Shown one piece after another: positions 1-8,849 of a stretch of 64,000 bases of DNA. The notes beneath the pieces are model-generated. The model was not told the origin of the DNA and made no database searches. It worked only from the letters and a program-made list of their open reading frames with translations. Source of the stretch: Marinilabilia sp. (GTDB taxonomy: Bacteria; Bacteroidota; Bacteroidia; Bacteroidales; Marinilabiliaceae); the NCBI GenBank assembly GCA_046483585.1, contig JAWOCV010000117.1, positions 17,686-81,685 of the forward strand, in the 5' to 3' direction. The position numbers and the translations under genes were made by a program. Position 1 is the first letter of the stretch; every line of letters starts with the position of its first letter.

Positions 1-537
1 TATCCGGATCTGGTTCCACCCGATGTAGTGCCTGCCCCGGAACAATCCTGGGATGAAAAGGATTACGGGAGAACAGAAAAGGTACTCACTCAGGCCAGAG
101 AAAAATTCAACGATGATTACCAAAAATGGAAAAGTGCCCGGGACCGGCAAATGAATGAACTTGCTGAAGAGCTTGGCTCTTCAGAGGCTATTGTTGACCT
201 TAAAGTGGATCATCATAACGAAGCCCTGGCCGAATTACTGCTTAATAAAAAAAGTGTGGAGCAATTTGTTTACACTGGTGATAAGTTTATCAGAAAGCAA
301 CATCCGGGGTATAAAGAGCCTACCGGTGATTGGGGCCGGGCTCATTTCTATGCACCGGAGAAGAAAATGGGAATGCTCTCCATTTCTACCCCCATATTTA
401 ATATGATTGTTGTATGGGTGGGTGTAGTGATTCTTTATATTACCTTATATCTGGATGTGCTGCGCCGTATCATCGGATATTTTGAAACATTCAAGCTGAA
501 ACGGCTGCATCGGAAATTGCAGAATCTCCGCACCTGA
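1..537 (+). CDS. C-terminal fragment of a large membrane protein, probably a Bacteroidota ABC-transporter ATPase/permease fusion (5' truncated by window)
   Basis: Frame 1 is open from base 1 to TGA at 535-537. The C-terminus HFYAPEKK..TPIFNMIVVWVGVVILYITLYLDVL resembles the tail of large Bacteroidota ABC proteins (recalled family resemblance). Confidence 0.5.
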   Translation, partial: YPDLVPPDVVPAPEQSWDEKDYGRTEKVLTQAREKFNDDYQKWKSARDRQMNELAEELGSSEAIVDLKVDHHNEALAELLLNKKSVEQFVYTGDKFIRKQHPGYKEPTGDWGRAHFYAPEKKMGMLSISTPIFNMIVVWVGVVILYITLYLDVLRRIIGYFETFKLKRLHRKLQNLRT

Positions 538-553
538 TGCCGCTATATGGAAT

Positions 554-583
554 AAAAAAAGGGCGACCCAATGGCCGCCCTTT
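554..583. terminator. Bidirectional intrinsic terminator between convergent genes
   Basis: A-tract, AAAGGGCG..CGCCCTTT hairpin, then T residues. Confidence 0.7.
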
Positions 584-624
584 AAAGTCTTCGTTAAATG
601 TAATCTGGTATTGAAATATATATT

Positions 625-816
625 CTAAACCAATTTAACATCTACTGCATTAAGGCCTTTTCTGCCTTCTACGAGTTCGAAAGCCACTTCATCGTCCTCT
701 TTGATCTTGTCGATCAGGCCGGTAGCGTGAACAAAAAATTCTTTTTCAGACTCGTCTTCTTTAATGAATCCGAATCCTTTTGATTCATTAAAGAATTTTA
801 CTTTTCCTGTTTTCAT
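625..816 (-). CDS. cspA: Cold-shock protein (CspA family)
   Basis: 63 aa, KTGKVKFFNESKGFGFI (RNP1) and FFVHATG (RNP2). Confidence 0.93.
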   Translation of the reverse strand: MKTGKVKFFNESKGFGFIKEDESEKEFFVHATGLIDKIKEDDEVAFELVEGRKGLNAVDVKLV

Positions 817-988
817 CTTAAAATTGTTTGTTTGTTAAGCATTCCATGCAACTGATCCGGTCTATAGGCAAGTTCTTTAACCATGCTGTGCGATCATCTC
901 AGCTACATAAATAATTATTCACGATACAAAGAAAATAACAATCTTTGGATTTTACATTATAATAATCAAAAAATTCTTTTTAGCCTTA

Positions 989-1148
989 ACTATTGACTTT
1001 GTCGAACTCCGTTTCATAAATTATTTCCCTTATGAATAAAGTTCAGGTTAACCCCGACTTAGATGAAGTTAAACTTTTGAAAAAAGTTTTTACTGAATCT
1101 TAGTCGCTGTCGGAGACAGGGATTATTTGCGAATAATCCGGGTTAGAT
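989..1148 (+). repeat. Dispersed structured intergenic repeat, copy 1 (module A 989-1036 plus four-way-junction module D 1039-1148)
   Basis: 1039-1128 matches 31887-31977 except for a 1-nt insertion. AATAATCCGGGTTAGAT occurs at 1132-1148 and 32001-32017. 989-1036 matches 31561-31608. Confidence 0.9.
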
Positions 1149-1404
1149 GGATTGCCTTTCTTCTCTGGTCGCCTCCCGTTTGAGAGGCAGGAGATCTTTG
1201 GTGTGATGTTATGAGGTCATTTTCAGTGCCTAGAGAATAGGTGTGGAATGGGTGTGATACCTAAATTGAATTTTTAAAGATTAAAAGTGTATTTTGTGCG
1301 ATTGATTTGTTATTTTTAACAAACTTTTTCGGCCTGTGCAACTGGATTGTAAATTTCCGGCCGGAAGACACACGATTATCTTAAACCTATAAAACATTAT
1401 CAGG

Positions 1405-2268
1405 ATGAAAAGAACAATGATTCCGGTGATTTTGTTGTTTCTCGGATCAACATTATCCATGTGTACCACAGAAAAAGAAAGCAAAGAGATTGGCCTTCAG
1501 CTATACTCCGTGCGGGATGCAATGGAGGAGGCCCCGAAAGAGACCGTTCGCGAGGTCGGTGAAATGGGATATTCCTTTGTGGAAGCTGCCGGTTATGCCG
1601 ACGGCAAGTTCTACGGAATGGAGCCCTCAGAATTTACTGCACTGGTCGAGGAGAGTGGCATGATGTTCCTTAGTTCGCATACCGGCCAGGACCTTCCTGA
1701 TTCGGCATCTTGGGATGAAACAATGGAATGGTGGGACGAGTGTATTGAAGCTCATGCCGAGGCGGGTGTTCAGTATATTGTTCAGCCCTGGATGGGAGAT
1801 AAAGGATATGAATCTCTGGAAGGACTGGAGAAATATTGTGAATATTTTGATGCGGTAGGAGAAAAATGTCGCGAAAATGGCATTAAGTTTGGTTATCACA
1901 ATCATGATCAGGAGTTTACAGAGCTTGAAGGGGAGATGATCTATGATTATATGTTGAAGAACACCGATCCCGAAAAAGTATTTTTCCAACTTGACCTTTA
2001 CTGGATACATGAAGGAGAAGAAGTGGCTGCTGATTATTTCAGTAACTATCCCGGTCGGTTTCCTCATTGGCATGTGAAAGATGAGAAAGAACTTGGGGAA
2101 AGCGGGAAAATGGATTTTGAATCAAGTTTTGAACATGCAGAATTGGCTGGACTGGATTATATCATCGTAGAAGTTGAAGAATATGATTATGATCCTATTG
2201 AAAGTGTCAAGATGAGTCTTGAATATCTGCAAAATGCTGATTTTGTTGAAGCTTCTTATAGTGAGTGA
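1405..2268 (+). CDS. Sugar phosphate isomerase/epimerase family (xylose-isomerase-like TIM barrel), probable lipoprotein
   Basis: IGLQLYSVRD, GYHNHDQEF, QLDLYW, HVKD and VEVE motifs; signal peptide with Cys (LSMC). Confidence 0.85.
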   Translation: MKRTMIPVILLFLGSTLSMCTTEKESKEIGLQLYSVRDAMEEAPKETVREVGEMGYSFVEAAGYADGKFYGMEPSEFTALVEESGMMFLSSHTGQDLPDSASWDETMEWWDECIEAHAEAGVQYIVQPWMGDKGYESLEGLEKYCEYFDAVGEKCRENGIKFGYHNHDQEFTELEGEMIYDYMLKNTDPEKVFFQLDLYWIHEGEEVAADYFSNYPGRFPHWHVKDEKELGESGKMDFESSFEHAELAGLDYIIVEVEEYDYDPIESVKMSLEYLQNADFVEASYSE

Positions 2269-2294
2269 ATAAGCTGTTCCTAATTCTATATCTG

Positions 2295-2326
2295 ACCGCA
2301 GCAGGATTCCCTGTTGCGGTTTTTTT
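2295..2326 (+). terminator. Intrinsic terminator
   Basis: ACCGCAGCAGG-ATTC-CCTGTTGCGGT followed by a T-tract. Confidence 0.85.
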
Positions 2327-2507
2327 GTAACCGGCTCAAAGGCAGGCCCAGACAGCGTTGATCTTGGCCTTTTCCCGAAATTTTCGTAATTTTGTTGTAA
2401 ATTGTGGTGGATTTTACCTCCTGAATGTTGTTTTTGGTAATATTTTTGAATGGAGGTGATGGCCATAGCGGGATGATTTCTGTTTTATATATTTAAATTG
2501 GAGGCCT

Positions 2508-3806
2508 ATGAAATATCAGATTTTTTCATTGCACAATTATCGTAAAATTCCTCAGGTAGATAAGTTGAATGCGCAAGATTTAAGGAACATTGATGTGGTA
2601 GGGCATGTTTTGCCGTTCAAAACCAATAATTATGTTGTGAATGAACTGATAGACTGGGATAATTTCCGGGAGGATCCGCTTTTTATTCTTAATTTTCCGC
2701 AAAGGGGTATGCTTCAGACCGAAGATTTCAACCATATGGCTTCGGCTATGGACAAGATAACCAACAGAGTGGAATTGAAAAAGACGGCCAATGCCATTCG
2801 TGAAAAGATGAATCCCCACCCTGCCGGGCAGACGCATAATGTTCCCGAGCTGAATGGTGAAAAACTGCCGGGTATTCAGCATAAATATGAAGAGACCATG
2901 TTGTTTTTCCCTACCCAGGGGCAGACCTGTCATGCGTATTGTACTTTTTGTTTTCGCTGGCCTCAGTTTGTGGGAATGGAAGACCTCAGGTTTGCCATGA
3001 ATCAGATTGACTATGTGGTCGAATATCTGAAAGTTCATCCGGAAATTACCGACATTCTTTTTACAGGTGGAGATCCTATGGTAATGAAAGCCCCTGTTTT
3101 AAATGAATATATTTCAAAGATCCTGGATGCCAATCTCCCAAACTTGCAAAACATCAGGATCGGTACCAAATCTTTGGCATTCTGGCCATATCGATACCTT
3201 ACCGACAGCGATGCCGATGATGTGTTGCGGATTTTTGAAAAAGTAACCAGGGCCGGTAAGTCATTGGCTTTTATGGCTCATTTCAATCATTCCCGTGAAC
3301 TTGAAACAGAAGCTGTGGCCAAAGCGACTGAAAGGGTGCGGCAAACGGGAGCCCAGATTCGTACCCAGTCGCCTCTGCTGAATCATATTAACGCAGATGG
3401 TGATGTTTGGAGAGACATGTGGAAGAAACAGGTTAAGATGGGGATGATCCCCTATTATATGTTTGTGGCACGCGACACCGGAGCTCAGGAATATTTTGGG
3501 GTATCCCTGGCCAATGCCTGGAAAATTTTCCGGAGTGCTTATATTCAGGTCAGTGGTATAGCTCGCACTGTAAGAGGGCCGAGCATGTCCTGTACACCTG
3601 GAAAAGTTCGGATTATTGGTGTGTCCGAGGTCAAAGGAGAAAAGGTTTTTGTTTGTGAATTTATACAGGGTCGCAACAGAGAGTGGGTGGGACATCCTTT
3701 CTTTGCCAGGTACGATCCCCGGGCGCTGTGGATGGATGATCTGAAACCTGCTTTCGGGCTTGAAGAATTTTTCTTTGAAGAAGATCTGGCACGGATGCTT
3801 CTTTAA
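2508..3806 (+). CDS. KamA-family radical SAM/PLP aminomutase (lysine 2,3-aminomutase-like)
   Basis: CxxxCxxC in QTCHAYCTFCFRW, LFTGGDPM, IRIGTK, HFNH, and PLP-lysine candidate in SMSCTPGK. TAATTTTG -7 box at 2387-2394. Confidence 0.85.
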   Translation: MKYQIFSLHNYRKIPQVDKLNAQDLRNIDVVGHVLPFKTNNYVVNELIDWDNFREDPLFILNFPQRGMLQTEDFNHMASAMDKITNRVELKKTANAIREKMNPHPAGQTHNVPELNGEKLPGIQHKYEETMLFFPTQGQTCHAYCTFCFRWPQFVGMEDLRFAMNQIDYVVEYLKVHPEITDILFTGGDPMVMKAPVLNEYISKILDANLPNLQNIRIGTKSLAFWPYRYLTDSDADDVLRIFEKVTRAGKSLAFMAHFNHSRELETEAVAKATERVRQTGAQIRTQSPLLNHINADGDVWRDMWKKQVKMGMIPYYMFVARDTGAQEYFGVSLANAWKIFRSAYIQVSGIARTVRGPSMSCTPGKVRIIGVSEVKGEKVFVCEFIQGRNREWVGHPFFARYDPRALWMDDLKPAFGLEEFFFEEDLARMLL

Positions 3807-4059
3807 ACGGGGGGATCCTTTTGAAATAAGGTAATGATGCAGCCGCTTCGAATCAAACCGTAGCGGTTTTTTGATGATCCCAAAAACTCTCTTTTGGATG
3901 TTTGTGGCTTTCAGCAAGAGCGTGCGAATTATCACTTTTGGTATGCTTTTCTCCTGAAACCTCTTATCCCTTTTCAATCCTGAGGAGAAAAAGGATGTAT
4001 TGGAAATGGAAAACGGCCGCTAAAACGGTTGGAAATTTTAACTTGGCTTCACCCAAAGC

Positions 4060-4935
4060 ATGAAAAAGAAGAAAAACGTTATCAATATCATTAAAGTGGC
4101 CGGAAAGATCATCTTAAGCGGGACCATTTTGTGGTATATTTCTTCGAAGATTGATGTTGACGCCATCCGGGATGCCATTCAAAAAGCCGATGCAGAATGG
4201 TTGGTGGGCGCTGTTTTGGTTTATGCCATATCCCAGCTGGCGGCATCGGTCCGATTGAATACTTTGTTTCGGTTGATCCCTGTGCGAATATCCCAATGGG
4301 CCAATATGAAACTTTACTGGCTCGGGCTGTTCTATAATTTGTTCCTGCCGGGTGGAGTCGGCGGGGATGGTTTTAAGGTCTATCTTCTCAATCAGTATCT
4401 GGGTGTTCCTGTCAAGAGATCTTTGGGAGCTATTTTGACCGACAGGCTATCGGGACTGACCATTATAGCGACATATCTGCTTATTTTGTTCCAGTTTATT
4501 GATTATCCTTTGCCTCATGAATGGTTGTTGCTATTGGCTATCCCGGTCCCTCTGCTGGGTTTTTATTTGGTTTTAAAATGGTTGTTTCCGTTGTTTAGGA
4601 AGGCTTTTAGAGCCATTGGCTTTTGGTCTTTGCTTGTTCAGGGTTTGCAGATGCTGGCGGCCATTCTCATTCTTCAGGCCCTTGGGGCTCACAATTCGGG
4701 CCGTTACGATGCCTATCTGTTTCTGTTTTTTCTGTCCGCCATTATGGCTTCCATCCCTGTTACCCTTGGGGGCATAGGAGCCCGGGAATTTACTTTTTTA
4801 ATGGGGGCTCAGTATTTAAACTTACAGCAAGATATGGCTGTTGCTCTCAGTTTGTTGTTTTTTATGGTTTCGGTGGTTTCGGCACTTCCCGGCTTGTGGT
4901 ATACCCTTCGTCCCCGCTATATTCTGAAAAAGTAG
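4060..4935 (+). CDS. Lysylphosphatidylglycerol-synthase TM-region / YbhN-like flippase family membrane protein
   Basis: Multi-TM protein with FYNLFLPGGVGGDG and PVTLGGIGARE motifs. Confidence 0.8.
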   Translation: MKKKKNVINIIKVAGKIILSGTILWYISSKIDVDAIRDAIQKADAEWLVGAVLVYAISQLAASVRLNTLFRLIPVRISQWANMKLYWLGLFYNLFLPGGVGGDGFKVYLLNQYLGVPVKRSLGAILTDRLSGLTIIATYLLILFQFIDYPLPHEWLLLLAIPVPLLGFYLVLKWLFPLFRKAFRAIGFWSLLVQGLQMLAAILILQALGAHNSGRYDAYLFLFFLSAIMASIPVTLGGIGAREFTFLMGAQYLNLQQDMAVALSLLFFMVSVVSALPGLWYTLRPRYILKK

Positions 4936-4952
4936 AAAATTTTGGGGCACTT

Positions 4953-6338
4953 TTAAAAATTGAGCTTTTCAAGTTGCGGGTAGACCTCTTCCCGGAAACG
5001 GTCCAAAAGTTTGTTGCGGGCCTCTTTCAGAGCATAATCGTAACCGCCGGCGCGCATGCCTTTGACTTCCGTGATGGCATCACTGAATATTTCCCTTTTG
5101 TTTTCGCCTGCTAAAACAGAGAAGTATAGATCTGCAAAGACAAGGTAAACGGAGTAACCGGTGCCTTCTTTTATCTCTCCCTTTTTAAATGCCACTTCTG
5201 TTTTGACAATATACTCAGCTTCTCCGGGGGCATCAGTGAAGTTAAAGTAGGTTTCATTAAGTTTTGCCTTTAGCTGATTTGAAAAGGGTTGTTGTTGGTT
5301 CTCCCGACCAAAAGTTGATTCCCTTCCCTGAAAAAAGGCGTCTGATTTCTGAAGCTCTATGTTGAATGTGGCCGAAGGGATGGTTTCATCAGGCAGGAAA
5401 AAAGCTACCAGAGGACTTTCAATATTTTCTTCTTTGAGTAGGTCGGTGTGGTCAAAAACGACTTTCACCTGCTGTTTTTTCCGGGATGACTCCAGTTTTT
5501 GGATATGACTGGTAACGACGCCTGAGGCATTGGTGGAGTTTTTCTCCCTGAGGAGTCCTTCTCCCTCTATGAAACTGAAATTTACAGGAAGACTCTGGAC
5601 CGGAATTTTTTCCCCGTCGGGAGTAAAATATTCTACTTTGGCCTCCAAAGGGGCCTCCATTTGTTTTGAGAAGACAATTTTGAGTTCCGGGTTTTCAGGG
5701 GTAACCGAAATTTTTGAAAAGAGGTCTCTCAGGTCCTTCATAATGTCGGTTGCGAAATTGATCTCGCCTTCCATGGAGCGGTAGGTCAGATCTTCTTTGA
5801 GGTGGTCTTCCAGCGATTCTATGGATTTGAAATAAGCGGCCAGTGCCGGCGTGATCTTATGATCATCCGCATGCTGCCGGGCGTCTAGAAAATGGGAAGC
5901 TGCCTGCTTTTTCGCCATCTCCAGGTCTTGTCTTTTCCTTCGCCTGTGTTTTTCCTTGTCCAGGCGCATCATCACCCAATATTCCCGTTTGTTCTCCCAC
6001 GTCTGAACTTCATAGCCCTTTAGGTTATTGTTCGCTGAGGTTGCAATTTCCGACTCATAGGTTTCCTGAAATTCATAATTGTTTTCAAACTGACGAAGCA
6101 ATGAGTTGGAGGAGACGTTTACCTCTATCTCTGAGGCGAGCTCTTTCAGGGCATCAGCACGGGCTTTTCTGGCGTAATCAAGACCTTCGTGATTGTCTTT
6201 CCCGGCCATTCCTATGCCGATGTAATGGTCTCTTTCAGAGGGACGTTTTTTTACCCATTTGGGTTTTGCAGCGTCTGCCGGAATGGATGACAGAATGAGG
6301 AGCAGAGCAGCAAAAAGAAATGTGTATTGCCTGGCCAT
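4953..6338 (-). CDS. Exported LPP20-domain protein
   Basis: Signal peptide; KPKWV..YIGIG..ARADALKELASEIEVNV N-terminal LPP20-like segment. Confidence 0.6.
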   Translation of the reverse strand: MARQYTFLFAALLLILSSIPADAAKPKWVKKRPSERDHYIGIGMAGKDNHEGLDYARKARADALKELASEIEVNVSSNSLLRQFENNYEFQETYESEIATSANNNLKGYEVQTWENKREYWVMMRLDKEKHRRRKRQDLEMAKKQAASHFLDARQHADDHKITPALAAYFKSIESLEDHLKEDLTYRSMEGEINFATDIMKDLRDLFSKISVTPENPELKIVFSKQMEAPLEAKVEYFTPDGEKIPVQSLPVNFSFIEGEGLLREKNSTNASGVVTSHIQKLESSRKKQQVKVVFDHTDLLKEENIESPLVAFFLPDETIPSATFNIELQKSDAFFQGRESTFGRENQQQPFSNQLKAKLNETYFNFTDAPGEAEYIVKTEVAFKKGEIKEGTGYSVYLVFADLYFSVLAGENKREIFSDAITEVKGMRAGGYDYALKEARNKLLDRFREEVYPQLEKLNF

Positions 6339-6361
6339 AATTTATATGATATTTGAGATGG

Positions 6362-6817
6362 TTAATGCAACAACTGTTCCACAACTTTGATGACGTCCTG
6401 GTATTCATATCCTTTTGAAACGGCATGCCTGATAAGCGCGGCTTTTTGTTTCACCGGTTCACGGTCCCTGATTTGCTTTTGTTTGTCACGGATAATGGCT
6501 TCCAGAACTTCGAGATAATTTTCCTCATCTATTTGTTCCAGGGCTTCATTGATGATCTCTTCGGGCAGGCCTTTTTGCCTTAGTTGCCACCAAATCTTTT
6601 TTCGTCCCCAATGGTTGAACCGAAACTTGTCACGGACGTAAAAGGAGGCATATCTCGACTCGTCAATGAATTGTTCATCTACCAGATGCTTCAGGATTTT
6701 ATCCTGATCAGCATCAGAGATCTCCCATTTTTTCAGCTTTCTTCTTATGTCATACAGGCAGTATTCCTGTTTGGAGCAAATGGCCGAGGCTTTGTTCAGG
6801 GCAGTTTTGTAGTCCAT
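6362..6817 (-). CDS. recX: Regulatory protein RecX
   Basis: CSKQEYCLYDIRRKL, FIDESRYA, WGRKKI, KGYEY motifs. Confidence 0.9.
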   Translation of the reverse strand: MDYKTALNKASAICSKQEYCLYDIRRKLKKWEISDADQDKILKHLVDEQFIDESRYASFYVRDKFRFNHWGRKKIWWQLRQKGLPEEIINEALEQIDEENYLEVLEAIIRDKQKQIRDREPVKQKAALIRHAVSKGYEYQDVIKVVEQLLH

Positions 6818-6887
6818 ACTGTTTAATCTGTTTATCAGATCCCGACCACTAAAATAATTCTTTTTTCTTGATGTATCCCATTTCAGT

Positions 6888-7388
6888 AGATTATTAGATA
6901 TTAGTAGCTCAGTCGCAGAGTCAGTAGTAGCTGAAAGCTCTTAGCTCTTAGCTCTTAGCTGTTAGAAGCTCAGTCGCAGAGTCACGACATAACCAAAGAA
7001 CCAACAAAATTAGTTAAACATCATATTTTAAATGACTTAGGGGTTTTGTTAGATAAAAGTATCCAAGCCGCGGGGAAGCTGGAAGCTCGAAGCTCGAAGC
7101 TGGAGAGAAAGGTTGCTGTCTTTTGCGACATAACCAAAGAACTAACAAAAATGTATATGATTGAAATTCGGTTGTTTACATGTTTTGTTAGATAAAAGTA
7201 TCCAAGCCGCGGGGAAGCTGGAAGCTGTTAGCTGTTAGCTCTTAGCTCTTAGCTCAGTCGCAGAGTTAGTAGTAGCTGAAAGCTCGAAGCTGAAGAGAAA
7301 GGTTGCTCTCATTTGCGACATAACCAAAGAACCAACAAAAATGTATATGATTGAAATATGGTTGTTTACATATTTTGTTAGATAAAAG
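6888..7388. repeat. Composite intergenic array: three ~73-75-bp hairpin units interleaved with AGCT-core heptamer microsatellites
   Basis: Units CGACATAACCAAAGAAC..AACAAAA...TTTTGTTAGATAAAAG at 6985-7059, 7126-7198 and 7316-7388; (AGCTCTT/AGCTGTT)n and (AGCTCGA/AGCTGGA)n tracts between and before them. Confidence 0.9.
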
Positions 7389-7426
7389 GAAATTTGTATA
7401 TGTGATTTATTACTGAAAGCCTTAAT

Positions 7427-7473
7427 GTTAAACAGTTAAATTACAAGGTGTTACAAGATTTTAACGGACCATT
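7427..7473 (+). repeat. 47-bp dispersed repeat family, copy 1
   Basis: GTTAAACAGTTAAATTACAAGGTGTTACAAGATTTTAACGGACCATT aligns ungapped to 20634-20680 (+), 36570-36616 (-) and, more weakly, 61696-61742 (+). Confidence 0.8.
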
Positions 7474-7748
7474 ACCATTAGGGGACTAAAGTTAACCGGG
7501 AAGTGGGTGAATGTGAATAAGAAGGTGTTTAAAAACTGTTGCAGAACGGCCGGTTTGTTATAAATTCCCTATTTTAGTGACACAAGAGAAGAATGAAGTA
7601 TCTGCTGAATAGTCCGTTGAAATTTTGCAATAATCTTTGAGCCAGCTGTTTATGTTTAAAAGGTTCTTTGTGTCAAAGTACTTGTTTTTAGTGTTATACG
7701 ATTCCTCTTACATCTGATTATCTGAAAATATATTGATCTGCTACTGAT

Positions 7749-8822
7749 ATGAGGTGTTGTTTTTTGTTGCTTGTTATATTCGTTCAGGGCCTGTTTCTAA
7801 GGGCTTCTGCCACCGGAGACGAGAATGGTCCTTTGCTTTATCTGAGTGGTCATTACTATGGTGGTGCGATTGAAGTGCATTCTTCCAAAATGGAGCACTT
7901 CAGAGGGGTACGCCCGGTGGGCGCCGGTGTTGATCTTTCCTGGAGATTCGTTTCCGAAAAAGCTTACTCCCTTCTCCAGTGCTATCCTTATATGGGGGCT
8001 TCCCTCAATTACTGGGACTTTGGACACAGTTCCCTGGGCCATGGTTTGTCGGCCCTGTACTATGTTGAGCCTGTTCTCTTCTCTCCGCTTAACACCGATA
8101 TTTCTATAAAAGCCGGTCTGGGAGTGAGTTATCTTGATCATCCCTACGATGAAGAAACAAATCCTCAGAATTTGACTTACAGTACTTATTTTTCATTTCC
8201 TTTGATGATCGGAGTTTCTTTGACACATCCTCTCAATGAAACCTGGGCGTTACGTTTTTCCGGGATGTTTCAACATATTTCCAATGGCAGCATCAGTCAA
8301 CCCAATCTTGGAATTAATTATACAACAGCTGGTATCGGTATACAAAGAAAACTTGATGCCAGACCGATTCCTGCTCCTCCGGAATTGGCACCTTTTGATT
8401 CCGAAAAGGGCATTCGGAGGGTTGAGTTATCTTTCATATCAGGTCTCAAAGAACCGCCCGAAGATCAGGGCAAAAATATGGTGATGTCATTATCGGGGGA
8501 GTATCTGCATCAGTTTGGCCGGATCAATGCATGGACGTTGGGGGGTATGTTCGAAGCTGATAACAGCCGGCCGGGAAATTCTTTTGAAGATCGATCGAGA
8601 GTAAGTTTGATGGCAGGTCACACACTTTTGCTGGGACGATTCTCTTTCGGCCAGAAAGCCGGGATTTACTTATGGCGGGGGCATCCAATGCCTGATTTCT
8701 GGTACCAGTATTATACCCTCGATTTTGCTGCAACAAATGACCTGGGCGTTGGTGTAGGTTTGAAAGCTCACGGGAAAGTAGCCGAATTATTGAGTGTGCG
8801 GCTGTTGTACAACATAGACTGA
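7749..8822 (+). CDS. Acyloxyacyl hydrolase / PagL-like lipid A deacylase (outer-membrane beta-barrel)
   Basis: Signal peptide, amphipathic beta-strands, and QHISNG...QPNLGIN (PagL-type H-x-S-N-G) motif. Confidence 0.75.
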   Translation: MRCCFLLLVIFVQGLFLRASATGDENGPLLYLSGHYYGGAIEVHSSKMEHFRGVRPVGAGVDLSWRFVSEKAYSLLQCYPYMGASLNYWDFGHSSLGHGLSALYYVEPVLFSPLNTDISIKAGLGVSYLDHPYDEETNPQNLTYSTYFSFPLMIGVSLTHPLNETWALRFSGMFQHISNGSISQPNLGINYTTAGIGIQRKLDARPIPAPPELAPFDSEKGIRRVELSFISGLKEPPEDQGKNMVMSLSGEYLHQFGRINAWTLGGMFEADNSRPGNSFEDRSRVSLMAGHTLLLGRFSFGQKAGIYLWRGHPMPDFWYQYYTLDFAATNDLGVGVGLKAHGKVAELLSVRLLYNID

Positions 8823-8849
8823 CCGGCGTGGTTTCTCTTTTGGGCAGTA

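Noticed and set aside
1281-1484. 67-aa minus-strand ORF
   Set aside because: It overlaps the start of the isomerase gene on the opposite strand and has no recognisable motif.
2580-3977. Antisense ORFs of 152 and 238 aa
   Set aside because: Shadow frames of the KamA-like gene with no motifs.
7140-7193. Bona fide integron attC site
   Set aside because: It has a GTTRRRY end, but it is only about 54 bp, the spacer arms pair fully, no ORF cassettes lie between units, and no intI is present. Kept only as a resemblance.
6985-7388. CRISPR array
   Set aside because: Units are about 73-75 bp, spacers are unequal and built from shared repeated blocks rather than unique sequence, and there are no cas genes in the window.
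7534-7547. IS terminal repeat (AACTGTTGCAGAA, also near 61737)
   Set aside because: Too short, no transposase or remnant ORF nearby, and explained as the flank of the 47-bp repeat family.
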